Positions 21,540 through 30,713 are shown, counted from the first letter of the stretch. The stretch is DNA of 64,000 nucleotides from Hyalangium versicolor (GCF_020103695.1 NZ_JAHXBF010000014.1:108297-172296); one strand, 5' to 3'. The notes: generated from the sequence alone by a model not told the origin. Numbers and translations: made by a program.

Positions 21540-22364
21540 TCACAGGTGGACTTCGAACTCGGGGGCTTCGTACCAGGGCGTGTGCAGGAAGGAGAGCACT
21601 TCGCGCGCGTAGTCCTCCGGCACCTCCAGGTGCGGCACATGCCCGCAGTCCGGGAACGTGTGCCGCCAGACCACGGGCAGCTCGGTGGCCATCTTGCGCG
21701 CGATCTGCGTGAACTTCTCGTCCAGCGCTCCGGTGAGCAGCAGCGTGGGCAGGCGCTGGCGGTGCAGCTCCGGCCAGTAGTCCGGCTGGAACCCGAGCCC
21801 CAGCCGCCCCAACGCGCCCATCAGACCATCGGCCGTGCAGCTCTTGCGGCGCTCTCGCAGGCCGGCGATCCGCTCGGGAGGCAGGCGCTGGAGGCTCTGG
21901 AACAGGGGCAACGACTCCCAATGATCCACGAAGGCGTCCAGCCCCTTGGTGCGCAGCAGGGTGCCGAGCCGGCCGTCCGCCTCCCGCCGCTCCGCGCGCT
22001 CGATGCGCCGGTGCAGGCCGGGCGAACCACTCTCCAGGATGAGGCGTCCGAAGCGCTCTGGCTTGTGGAGCGCGGCCCCGAGCGCGATCCGGGCACCCAT
22101 CGAGTAGCCCAGCAGATCCACAGAGGGCAACCCGAGCTTCTCCACCAGTTGGACCACCGCCTCCACCGTCTCGATGAAGCCCTCGCGGCCCTTGCGCTGG
22201 GGCAGCGGCGTCTCTCCATGTCCCGGCAGATCGATCGCGATCGCCTTCACCGCGCTGTGCAGCAACGGGCGCAGGTGATCGAACGACGAGCGGTTGCCGG
22301 TGAAGCCGTGCAACATCAACAGCGGCCGGGTTCCCTCTCCCCAGGTGCTGTAGGCCAGCGTCAC
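21540..22364 (-). CDS. menH: 2-succinyl-6-hydroxy-2,4-cyclohexadiene-1-carboxylate synthase (alpha/beta hydrolase)
   Basis: LMLHGFTGN oxyanion region, the nucleophile elbow GYSMGA and a C-terminal catalytic His (DCGHVPHLE). The tracked 512 aa ORF is a fusion artefact running antisense through the menD 3' end. The real start is proposed as GTG at 22364, overlapping the menD stop as GTGA and giving the E. coli-like 16 aa lead before LHGF. Confidence 0.7.
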   Translation of the reverse strand: MTLAYSTWGEGTRPLLMLHGFTGNRSSFDHLRPLLHSAVKAIAIDLPGHGETPLPQRKGREGFIETVEAVVQLVEKLGLPSVDLLGYSMGARIALGAALHKPERFGRLILESGSPGLHRRIERAERREADGRLGTLLRTKGLDAFVDHWESLPLFQSLQRLPPERIAGLRERRKSCTADGLMGALGRLGLGFQPDYWPELHRQRLPTLLLTGALDEKFTQIARKMATELPVVWRHTFPDCGHVPHLEVPEDYAREVLSFLHTPWYEAPEFEVHL

Positions 22365-24118
22365 GCCCAAGGTCCATCTCCCAGCGCAGCCGCCATCCGC
22401 GCGAAGAGTTGCCGATGCTCCTCCACGTTGCGCGCCCGATCGGTCCGGACCTCGATGAGGTGCAGCCCGCCCTCCAGCCCGACCTTCACCGAGGCGCGCA
22501 GCGCCGGAGCGGAATCCGGACGGTGGAACTCCGCGCCGTAGAGCGACGCCGCGTGCGACAGGTCCACGCCGTGCGGCGTGCCGAAGAGCGGCTCGAAGTG
22601 CTCTGTCGTCCCGGCCAGCGGCAGGAAGGAGAAGATGCCGCCTCCGTCGTTGTTCACCACCACCACGGTGAGCGAGAGATCGTGCCGACGCGCGGTGAGC
22701 AGTCCGCCCACGTCGTGCAGGAAGGCCAGGTCTCCGGTGAGCAACACCGTGGGCCGCCCCGAGGCCGCCGCCATCCCGAGCGCGCTGGAGATGATCCCGT
22801 CGATGCCGTTGGCGCCCCGGTTGGCGAGCACCCGGAGCGGCATGGCGCTGCCCGGCGCAAAGGCGTCCACGTCCCGGATGGGCATGCTGCTGGAGACGAA
22901 GAGGTTCGCACCCGACGGGAGCGCGGCGACCACCTCGCGGGCAATGCGTGGCTCGGTCAGCGAGACATCCTCGGCGAACGCGGCCTCGAGCACGTTCCGG
23001 ATGAGGCCCTCCGCGCGGAGGAAGCCCTGAGCCCAGCTCCCCAGCCCGCGAGACAACCCCCGAGAGAGCGCCTCGCACACGGCCACGGCCGAGCCCTCGA
23101 TGGCCTGCGCCGCTCGATGAGCGGGATCGAAGAGCGCACCGTCATCGCTGAAGAGCACCGTGTGCGCGCCCGATGCGTCGAGCCACTGCTGCGGCACCTT
23201 GGGCGTCAGGCCTCCACCGAAGCGCAGCACCAGCTCCGGCCGCTGCGCCTGGGCAAAGGGAGCGTGGCGCAGCATCGCGTCATAGAAGGAGAGCATTCCG
23301 GCCCCTCCTCCGTAACGGGCCTGGGAAGCGGCCTCGGCGATGACCGGATAGCCCGTGGCGTGCGAGAGCGCGGTGATGGCCTCCGCGAAGCCGTCCTCCT
23401 CGTCCCGAGGGCCGCAGACGATGAGCCCTCGCTCGGTATCGGAGATCCGCCGGCGGACCTCGTCCAGCGCGTGCGGAGCCGGCTGACGCGCAGCCGGGGC
23501 AATGGTGATGATCCCCTTGCCGGCTCGGCCCTCTCGGACAATCGCGGACAGCTTCTCTTCGCCAAAGTCCTGGGGCACGGGAGCCAGCGGCTCCCGGAAC
23601 GGAACGTTGAGGTGCACGGCCCCACGAGGCGCTCGCAGCGCCACTCCCACGGCCCGAGCCGCTGTGGCGCGCAGGTGGGCCAGGGCCACATCGCTCGCCT
23701 CGGGCAGTCCCACGTCCGCGAAGAAGTGGGAGAACTCTCCGAAGAGGCGCCCCTGAGGAATCGTCTGCGGCGCGCCCCACCCTTGCAGCTCCAGCGGCCG
23801 GTCCGCGGTGAGCACCACGAGCGGCACGTTCGACATCGCCGCCTCGATCACCGCAGGATAGAAGTGCGCCCCTGCCGTCCCGCTGGTCGCCACCACCACC
23901 GCTGGCGTGCGCGTCTGCTTGCCCACGCCCAACGCGAAGAAGCCAGCGCTGCGCTCGTCGATGACGGACCAGACCTTCAGCCCTTCCACCCGAGCGCATG
24001 CGAGCGCCAACGGCGTGGAGCGTGACCCCGGGCACACCACGACGTGCCGGACGCCACCATGCACCAGCTCCTCCAACAGAGCCCGTGCCCACAACTGATT
24101 GAGGTTCACGTCCGCCAT
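22361..24118 (-). CDS. menD: 2-succinyl-5-enolpyruvyl-6-hydroxy-3-cyclohexene-1-carboxylate synthase (ThDP-dependent)
   Basis: MenD-specific N-terminus (WARALLEELVHGGVRHVVVCPGSRSTPL) and a ThDP-binding GDLAFLHD...NNDGGG motif. 585 aa. Confidence 0.85.
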   Translation of the reverse strand: MADVNLNQLWARALLEELVHGGVRHVVVCPGSRSTPLALACARVEGLKVWSVIDERSAGFFALGVGKQTRTPAVVVATSGTAGAHFYPAVIEAAMSNVPLVVLTADRPLELQGWGAPQTIPQGRLFGEFSHFFADVGLPEASDVALAHLRATAARAVGVALRAPRGAVHLNVPFREPLAPVPQDFGEEKLSAIVREGRAGKGIITIAPAARQPAPHALDEVRRRISDTERGLIVCGPRDEEDGFAEAITALSHATGYPVIAEAASQARYGGGAGMLSFYDAMLRHAPFAQAQRPELVLRFGGGLTPKVPQQWLDASGAHTVLFSDDGALFDPAHRAAQAIEGSAVAVCEALSRGLSRGLGSWAQGFLRAEGLIRNVLEAAFAEDVSLTEPRIAREVVAALPSGANLFVSSSMPIRDVDAFAPGSAMPLRVLANRGANGIDGIISSALGMAAASGRPTVLLTGDLAFLHDVGGLLTARRHDLSLTVVVVNNDGGGIFSFLPLAGTTEHFEPLFGTPHGVDLSHAASLYGAEFHRPDSAPALRASVKVGLEGGLHLIEVRTDRARNVEEHRQLFARMAAALGDGPWA

Positions 24119-24416
24119 CTGCTCCTCAGCGTGTTCGCCGCCTCCACGCCAGAGACTGCGCCGCCGCTCCTGCTGGCCCGACGATCGTGTTCTACGTCAG
24201 TTTGGTCGAACATCCACACGGAGTTCAAAACCGCGTGAATTCCGCTGACGCACTGTGTGTCCTGAACCTGGACTGTAAGTGTTCCTCCGAGGTGCCCTAC
24301 TCGGCCGTTTCAGCCCATAGAGCCCTCAAGATTTACCGTACTGTCACGTTTTTACTTCCTTCATAGAGGGGGGCTTCATCTATCGTACCCGCCTCCCTTT
24401 TCACCCGGAGGATGAC

Positions 24417-24827
24417 ATGGAGCAGGCAGCTGCAGAGGCGAACCGGATCGTCGACGAGCACTTCAAGGCCGAGGGGTCCATGAACATCGACGCCATCATG
24501 GCGACCTACACGGATGACATCGAATTCGATGTGGGCGGGATGCCGGAGACGTTGCGTGGCAAGCAGGCCGCGGCCGGCTTCTACAAGCAGCTCTTCTCGG
24601 ATCTGCTGACGGACAAGGTGACGCCGCTGCGCCGCCTGGTCTCGCCGACCTTCGTGATCGATGACGCCATCTACGAGTGTCGCGCGGTGGGTCGGCCGTT
24701 TGGCATCGAGGGCAAGGGCCGGCCGGTGAAGTTCCGCTTGATGCACATCTTCGAGATTCGCGACGGCCGCATCTCGCGCGAGAACGCCTGGCTGGACGTG
24801 GGCGCCATCCAGCAGCAGCTCGCCTAG
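24417..24827 (+). CDS. SnoaL-like / NTF2-fold protein (ketosteroid-isomerase-like)
   Basis: 136 aa with the typical SnoaL pattern (IVDEHFKAEGSMNIDAIMATYTDDIEFD...RISRENAWLD). Transcribed divergently from menD. Confidence 0.7.
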   Translation: MEQAAAEANRIVDEHFKAEGSMNIDAIMATYTDDIEFDVGGMPETLRGKQAAAGFYKQLFSDLLTDKVTPLRRLVSPTFVIDDAIYECRAVGRPFGIEGKGRPVKFRLMHIFEIRDGRISRENAWLDVGAIQQQLA

Positions 24828-24844
24828 CGTTCGTCGGAAATCTC

Positions 24845-24871
24845 CGGGGCCTGGCTCACTCCCAGGCCCCG
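24845..24871. terminator. Perfect 10 bp GC hairpin between convergent genes (candidate bidirectional terminator)
   Basis: CCGGGGCCUGG-cucacuc-CCAGGCCCCG, positions 24845-24854 pairing with 24862-24871. It lies between the SnoaL-like gene end (24827, +) and the lipoprotein gene end (24934, -). There is no U-tract, which is common in high-GC genomes. Confidence 0.4.
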
Positions 24872-24933
24872 CGTCGCGGCGAGCCACTGTGCCCTGGAGC
24901 ATCCTGGCTCCAGAGCACGGGCCACGGCCGGAA

Positions 24934-25986
24934 CTACTGCGGCAGGCAGAGATACGGCGGCGTCGGCCCCGCGGGACCGTTCGGCTCATCCGCGCGCCAG
25001 AGCTGGGTCGACGAGTAGTTGATGACGGTCGGCGTCGGCGGAGCATCGATGGGAGGGAAGAACCAGGGGTGGCCAGTCACCGGATCCGCCGGAGCCGTGT
25101 CCTTGAACTCGTAGTGGATCACGGGAGGAGGAGTCCCACTGGCCGCCAGCAGGACCACGGTGATGCCCAGGGGGCTGGTCGCCGCATCGGTCACGATGTA
25201 GCCGCGCGTGGAGCGCAGGTTCGCGGGCGGAGTTCCCGGAGGAGCCCAGTCGATGTGCAGCACCCGTCCGGCGGAGGCCTCGACCGTCGTGTCACCCGCG
25301 GGTCCACGCAGCAGCGGCGAACCGGGCTGGAAGAGCCAGAAGACAGCCACGTTCGCGAACCGGCCCGGATTGAGCAGATCCGTCACGAGAGTCGGCGTCC
25401 CATCCACCACGGACAGGTGCTTGGCCACCGCCTCGAGAATACCAACGGTGCTCAGGCTGGCCGCCTCCTGCACGGCGCAGATGCTGTTGTGCGTGAAGAC
25501 CGGGCGCAGCGTCACGGTCGGCACGTAGCCGCCCGACGGAATGGCCGGCAGCGGAGGGCCAAAGGGCGGCGGGTTCAGCGTGCCCGTCGGCAGCGCGGTG
25601 ATGAAGTACGGCGCGTACGTCCGGCTGGCGACAGACGGAAGCGTCCACAAGCCCCCGTCGTCCGCCTGGACGGGATCCGCCGCGGGAGCGCCCGTGGTGG
25701 GATCGAACGGAAGAACGGTGGCTCCCTTCAACGACGAGCGCAGGAAGAGCGGGCTGTTGTCGAGGATGAAGGGCGGGATGCCGCAGTTGCCGCAGTTGGC
25801 CACGTTCATGAACCAGGCCTCGGGGTCCCACGCGAACCCGGAGACGCGCGAGGTCCTCGGCTGGTACTGGGTGACCTTGGGAACCGGGATGAAGGGGGAC
25901 TCCGGCGGACCCGCGTTGTCTGAGGTGCAGCCGGCTCCCAGCAGGAGCCCTCCCAGCAGGGCTGCTTTGCGAAAGGTTCGGTTCAT
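24934..25986 (-). CDS. Pro-rich lipoprotein, last gene of the cytochrome operon
   Basis: Signal peptide plus lipobox-like LLLGAGC|T. Many PP/PxxP tracts and a single CGNCG pair. No recognisable domain. It starts 9 nt after the multihaem cytochrome stop. Confidence 0.6.
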   Translation of the reverse strand: MNRTFRKAALLGGLLLGAGCTSDNAGPPESPFIPVPKVTQYQPRTSRVSGFAWDPEAWFMNVANCGNCGIPPFILDNSPLFLRSSLKGATVLPFDPTTGAPAADPVQADDGGLWTLPSVASRTYAPYFITALPTGTLNPPPFGPPLPAIPSGGYVPTVTLRPVFTHNSICAVQEAASLSTVGILEAVAKHLSVVDGTPTLVTDLLNPGRFANVAVFWLFQPGSPLLRGPAGDTTVEASAGRVLHIDWAPPGTPPANLRSTRGYIVTDAATSPLGITVVLLAASGTPPPVIHYEFKDTAPADPVTGHPWFFPPIDAPPTPTVINYSSTQLWRADEPNGPAGPTPPYLCLPQ

Positions 25987-25994
25987 GGCGGCGC

Positions 25995-27929
25995 TTACAA
26001 CCCTTCGGTGGAGGGAAGGATGTGGGACTTCGGAGGAGTGTTCACGTGGCAGGCCTGCGCGCAGTTACCGAAACGGTTGGGCTCGCCAGTGCTGGAGAAC
26101 TTCGCCTGGAAGAACTGGTTGTCATGCGCCGAGGGGTGGCACGAGGCGCACAGGGTGATGCTCGGCCGCAGCGTGCTCCGCTTCGTCAGGTGGCACATGG
26201 TGCAGTCGCTCTTGTTCGCCGGGTAGCGCGACGACGTCATGTGGATCTTGTGAATGAACTCCTGCGGGCGGTTGTACAAGTCGTTGTTGAACATGTGGCA
26301 CACCTTGCAGCTCTCCACGTGATCCACCGAGAGGCCGTGGCGCAGGTTGTCCAGCGACAGCACGCCTCGGTGGCAGATCTGGCAGTTGCCCACGTCGCCC
26401 GGGTAGGAGGTGCGCTCGGACTGCCCCACCTGGAAGAAGAAGGCGTTGAGCTTGGAGGTGCGCTCACCCATGAAGTAGCGGTTGTTCTTCACCAGGGCCA
26501 CGTAGGTGCCGGCCTTGGCGTCCTTGGGCAGCGTCTTCGAGATGCGCGTGGGCCACTTCATGGTGTTCATGCCCGTGGGCAGGTGCACCGTGGCCGGCTC
26601 ATCCGCCAGCGCGTAGAAGAAGTCCGGACCGAAGTACTGCGCCGGAGCGGTCGGATCGCTGCGCACCCGCATGTCCTGGAGCGGGCCGGCGATCTGCACC
26701 GCGGGCACCATGTCGTAGTCCATCACCGTGTCCAGCAGGGGGATGAGCGCGTAGAGCAAGCCGTTGGCGTTGTTGCTCGACACCTCGGCACCGCTGGGCA
26801 ACGTGTCCGCCGGGTGGAGGCGGTTGCCCTCGCCGTCGCGCACGTCCACGAACAGATCCAGCAGCTCACCCGGCTGGTAGTAGTCCAGGCCGTTGACGGG
26901 GGCCGCCATGGTCAGGCGCGGCGCCAGACCGAAGCCACACGGCTTGGCGTTGCCCGAGTCATCGGTGCACGTGGCCGGCACGTCCTGCGGGTTGACGTAG
27001 GTGACTGGGAAGTAGAACGGGGAGTCCTTCATCTGGCTCCACGTGATCTTGATGGTGCCGTCACCGCGCAGATCGCCCACCTTGAACGTCTTGAAGGGGT
27101 TGGTGCTACCAATGGCGTCCATGCGCACCATGGTGCGGAACAGCGGCGGCTCCGGCGGCCAGCCGGGCACCTGCGGAATCGGGCGCGCCACCTGATCGCC
27201 AGGGGCCACCGGCGGCATCACCTTCTCCATGCGCCACATGATGCGCGAGTGGCCCGCGGACCAGGAGTCCGCGAGGAACTCGGAGCGCGCGTACGTCACC
27301 GGCTCGCCACGCACCACACCATCGAAGTCGAGGATCTCGATGGTGAAGGAGTCATCCGTGGCGGTGCGCCAGTTGGCGTTGTCAAACAGCACCTGGCGCG
27401 CCCAGGAGTCGTGGGTGGCGCCAGGGACCGCCGGGAGGAACTTCCACTCGTCCGACACCTGGCTGAGGTTGCTCCAGTCCAGCTTCTTGAAGACCGACTC
27501 GTTCTTCATCCACGAGATCGCGGCGGACAGATCGCCGGGCGTCGTGTGCTTGTCGACGACCGTGTCCGTGACGGTGAACTGGTTGAGGAAGTACGTCGTG
27601 TTCGCCTGGATCTGGATCCGGCCGGTGGGATCCACCAGCGTCTTGGTGGGCTCATCCAGGGGCGAGGCCAGCGACGGGCACTTGTCCGGATAGGGGAAGA
27701 AGGTGGCGGAGTTCTTCGCCGCCATCTGCCCGTTGGGCAGGATGGCGCAGCCGTTGAACATCTGGAGGCTGAGGCGAATGGCTCCCGAGGCCGCCGACTG
27801 GTAGGGGTCGAACACCTTGGCCCCTCGTCCGCCGGTGCTCTCTGAGTCAGACACCTTGAGCAAATCGCACCCCAACATCGGTACCAGGAGTGCGCACACT
27901 GCGGCTTGGAACAGAATGGATCGCTTCAT
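25995..27929 (-). CDS. multihaem c-type cytochrome lipoprotein (4 CxxCH + 1 CxxxCH) with a large N-terminal non-haem domain
   Basis: Real start ATG at 27929 (MKRSILFQAAVCALLVPMLGC, lipoprotein signal). The C-terminal ~150 aa carry CQICH, CKVCH, CTMCH, CASCH and CAQACH. The preceding ~480 aa have no haem motifs. Confidence 0.7.
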   Translation of the reverse strand: MKRSILFQAAVCALLVPMLGCDLLKVSDSESTGGRGAKVFDPYQSAASGAIRLSLQMFNGCAILPNGQMAAKNSATFFPYPDKCPSLASPLDEPTKTLVDPTGRIQIQANTTYFLNQFTVTDTVVDKHTTPGDLSAAISWMKNESVFKKLDWSNLSQVSDEWKFLPAVPGATHDSWARQVLFDNANWRTATDDSFTIEILDFDGVVRGEPVTYARSEFLADSWSAGHSRIMWRMEKVMPPVAPGDQVARPIPQVPGWPPEPPLFRTMVRMDAIGSTNPFKTFKVGDLRGDGTIKITWSQMKDSPFYFPVTYVNPQDVPATCTDDSGNAKPCGFGLAPRLTMAAPVNGLDYYQPGELLDLFVDVRDGEGNRLHPADTLPSGAEVSSNNANGLLYALIPLLDTVMDYDMVPAVQIAGPLQDMRVRSDPTAPAQYFGPDFFYALADEPATVHLPTGMNTMKWPTRISKTLPKDAKAGTYVALVKNNRYFMGERTSKLNAFFFQVGQSERTSYPGDVGNCQICHRGVLSLDNLRHGLSVDHVESCKVCHMFNNDLYNRPQEFIHKIHMTSSRYPANKSDCTMCHLTKRSTLRPSITLCASCHPSAHDNQFFQAKFSSTGEPNRFGNCAQACHVNTPPKSHILPSTEGL

Positions 27930-27970
27930 GGATGGTGGGTGACTCGGAGGTTCCGGGAAAGGACCATGCC

Positions 27971-29176
27971 TCAGGGAATGTTGGCGGCCTGCTGCTGCAC
28001 CCACGAGGCCAGGGAGACGGCCTGCGGCTCATCGAGCAGCTGCTCATAGGTGGGCATCTGGGTCCCCGGGAGGATCTTCTCCGGGTTGCGGATCCACTTG
28101 GCCACCTCCTCGCTGGACTTGCCGCGAGACTGCTTCAGCATGGCCCGGTACTTCGCGCCCTCACCGTGGCACAGCGCGCAGCCCAGCTGGACGAAGAGCA
28201 CCTCGGGCTTCTCGCTCTGGGGCGCGGCCTTCACGCGCGGCGCCGCGTCATCCGGCAGGGTCGCGTCGGACTTGGGAACGCTCTGCAGGTACTTGTAGAG
28301 GGCCTCCGCGTCCACGTCGTCCAGGCCGCGCACCCGGATCATCGGAGCGCGCAGCGCGAAGCCGTCGCGGGTGATGCCATCGCGCAGCGCGCGGCCGAAC
28401 TCCGGCAGCGTGTACGCGCCCAGCGCCTTCTCGTGGAAGGTGATGTTGGTGGAGTAGATGCCACCCTGCGGTGTGTCGAAGAACTTGAAGCCGCCCTTGA
28501 AGGCGTCCGGCCCGCGGGCCTTGTCGCCGTCGTGGCCCGGCGTGTGGCACTCGGAGCACACGTACACATCGTTGGCCAGGTAGGAGCCGTACTCCACCGT
28601 GGGGCCCTTGGGGGGCGCCTGGATGCCCGAGGCCGGCCAGTTCGGGACGGGCGCCAGGCCCATGCCCAGGGCGAACTTGCCCAGCGGCGTGGTCTGCGGG
28701 GTCGGCTGTGGCCGCTCGTCCGGGGTGAAGAGCGGGTCATTCGACCGGATGAAGCCGATCACGGCCGACAGATCCTCGTCGGACATCTTGAAGGGGGGCA
28801 TGACGACCAGGCGACGGCCATCGCGGGCGACGCCGAAGCGGACCGCGCGCGCGATCTTCTCGTCCGGGACGTCCTTGATGCCCGCGGTCGGGTGACCCGT
28901 CAGGTTGGCCGAGGTGATGTTGCCGAAGGGCTTGGGCAGGTCCGGCATGGTGCCGCCCGCCGCGTGGTTGCTGCTGTCCTGGACGTGGCAGTCGTAGCAG
29001 ATGTTCTTGAAGATGTGCTCGCCACGAGCAATCGCCTGGGGATCGGTCGCCGCATGAATCGGAGGAAGCGGCGTGTCATCCACCAAAGTCGAGAGCTTGG
29101 AGCTGGCCTTCAAGAACAAGCCGCCTGCCGCTGCTACGACAAGAACGACGAGCCCAATCAGGATTTTTTTCAGCAC
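27971..29176 (-). CDS. membrane-anchored tri-haem cytochrome c (alcohol/gluconate-dehydrogenase cytochrome-subunit-like)
   Basis: N-terminal TM helix (ILIGLVVLVVAAAGGLFL). Three class-I haem sites: CYDCH, CSECH and CALCH, the last with a downstream Met region (PGTQMP). Confidence 0.75.
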   Translation of the reverse strand: MLKKILIGLVVLVVAAAGGLFLKASSKLSTLVDDTPLPPIHAATDPQAIARGEHIFKNICYDCHVQDSSNHAAGGTMPDLPKPFGNITSANLTGHPTAGIKDVPDEKIARAVRFGVARDGRRLVVMPPFKMSDEDLSAVIGFIRSNDPLFTPDERPQPTPQTTPLGKFALGMGLAPVPNWPASGIQAPPKGPTVEYGSYLANDVYVCSECHTPGHDGDKARGPDAFKGGFKFFDTPQGGIYSTNITFHEKALGAYTLPEFGRALRDGITRDGFALRAPMIRVRGLDDVDAEALYKYLQSVPKSDATLPDDAAPRVKAAPQSEKPEVLFVQLGCALCHGEGAKYRAMLKQSRGKSSEEVAKWIRNPEKILPGTQMPTYEQLLDEPQAVSLASWVQQQAANIP

Positions 29177-29241
29177 TGTTCGTGTCCTTGAGCCGTGAGA
29201 GTGGGAGGAGGGGGTCGCACACCCGTCCCCTATGTTCCTCA

Positions 29242-29265
29242 GGTAACAAAGCCGATTACATTACC
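29242..29265. promoter_or_regulatory. Inverted repeat GGTAA-N14-TTACC in the promoter region of the cytochrome operon
   Basis: GGTAAcaaagccgattacaTTACC, with an internal ATTAC direct repeat. It sits in a locally AT-richer patch 66-89 nt upstream of the cytochrome start codon (29176), between menF and the cytochrome gene. Confidence 0.2.
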
Positions 29266-29393
29266 GAATGCGAGCGAGTCAAGTAAGGCCCCCCCTACCC
29301 AGACTCCGCCGCAGGGCCTCCGCCCAAGGGCAACGGGAGAGCAACAGCACGGTGCGCCCGCATGCCCGCCTCCCCCGATCCGCACCACCCGCG

Positions 29394-30713
29394 TTAGCGC
29401 TTTGCACTCGAGCCCGAGAGGGCCTGAAGCATGGCCAGGCTCTTGATTTCCGTCTCGCGCCACTCGGACTCGGGGCTCGACCCCTGAACGATCCCCGCTC
29501 CCACGAAGAGCCGGGCGTGGGAGCCCCGGACCAGCGCCGAGCGCAAGGCCACCGCCATATGGGCTCCGGCTGGCCCTACCCAACCCACCGGCCCCGCGTA
29601 CCAACCCCGATCCAGTGCCTCGGCCTGGCGCAGGAACCCCAGCGCCGCCTCTCGGGGGACGCCCCCTACCGCAGGGGTCGGGTGCAGCGCCTGGACCACA
29701 TGGGCCGGGCTCACCGAGTTGCGCAGCTCGGCGCGGATGCCGGTCCGCAGGTGCACCACATTCTTCAGCGGCAGAAGCGACGGGGAGGAGTCAGCGGAGA
29801 CCCGGACCGCCAGGGGCCTGAGGGCCGAGAGGATGTAGTCCACCACGGCCTCGTGCTCGCGGCGGTCCTTGTCACTGCCGCCCAGCCCCTCGGCCAGCGT
29901 CGGCGCCGCGGAACCCGCCAGGGCCTCCGTCTCCAGCGTCCGCCGGTCCACTCGGCACAACGTCTCGGGCGTGGCGCCCAGGAATGCCACGCCTCCCGGC
30001 GCGTGGAACATGAATGTGACACAGCGCGGATTCTGCTCGCGCAGGCGCGCCACCACGTCCACCCGGTTGAAGGGCCGAGAGCCCTCGGCCTCCACCGCCC
30101 GGGCCATGACCACCTTGCGCAGCCGCCCGGAGGCGATCTCTTCCAGCGCGCCGCCGACACGGGCCTCGAAGTCCTCGCGAGAGGCCGACAGCTCGAGCGA
30201 GACCGGCTCGCTCCGCGGATGGTAGTAGCGGGTCGGAAAGCTGTCGCACACCTGCTTCAGCCGGGCGCTCACCCCAGCCTCCTCCCCTCCCCCTCGCCAC
30301 GGCGCCAGCACCATCACCGCGAGCTGCTTGCCCACGCGCCACACCAGCAGCTCGGGCAGCGTCCAGCGCGCCACGCCGTGCGCCTTCCACGGCTCACTGC
30401 TGGGGGAAGTCAGATCGAAGCGCATCCCGCCAAACCACGGGCCGGGGATCCACTCGGGGCTCTGCCCGATCCACCGCAGCTCCATGCTCGAGCCCAGCAT
30501 CCCGAGGATGTGGATGGCCTCGGCCGCGTCGTGGGCTTGCAGCACGGACAGCTCGCCCCACCCCGCCACCGCTTCCTGCGTCTGAGAACGCTCCCAATAG
30601 AACGAGGGCTCGCCCAGCACCGCGGCGCCCGCCAGCGGATCGGCCGCATCCAGCAGGGCCATTTCCGCCACCCAGCGCTCGGCCTGATCAGCGTGGAGCT
30701 TCATTATCGGCAC
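29394..30713 (-). CDS. menF: isochorismate synthase
   Basis: Chorismate-utilising enzyme fold with the conserved C-terminal motif block (...PTPAVGGVPREAALGFLRQAEALDRGWYAGPVGWV...) and MST-family length. It is divergent from the aro operon and colinear with the cytochrome and men genes. The start could be the Met at 30704. Confidence 0.8.
   Translation of the reverse strand: MPIMKLHADQAERWVAEMALLDAADPLAGAAVLGEPSFYWERSQTQEAVAGWGELSVLQAHDAAEAIHILGMLGSSMELRWIGQSPEWIPGPWFGGMRFDLTSPSSEPWKAHGVARWTLPELLVWRVGKQLAVMVLAPWRGGGEEAGVSARLKQVCDSFPTRYYHPRSEPVSLELSASREDFEARVGGALEEIASGRLRKVVMARAVEAEGSRPFNRVDVVARLREQNPRCVTFMFHAPGGVAFLGATPETLCRVDRRTLETEALAGSAAPTLAEGLGGSDKDRREHEAVVDYILSALRPLAVRVSADSSPSLLPLKNVVHLRTGIRAELRNSVSPAHVVQALHPTPAVGGVPREAALGFLRQAEALDRGWYAGPVGWVGPAGAHMAVALRSALVRGSHARLFVGAGIVQGSSPESEWRETEIKSLAMLQALSGSSAKR

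Noticed and set aside
22365-23078. Upstream 238 aa of the tracked 512 aa ORF containing menH
   Set aside because: This portion runs through the menD 3' coding region in another frame and is Arg/Gly/Ala-rich nonsense. The alpha/beta-hydrolase homology only begins near the GTG at 22364.
26022-27845. 607 aa plus-strand ORF
   Set aside because: It is antisense to the multihaem cytochrome lipoprotein. The haem CxxCH motifs and lipoprotein signal are on the minus strand.
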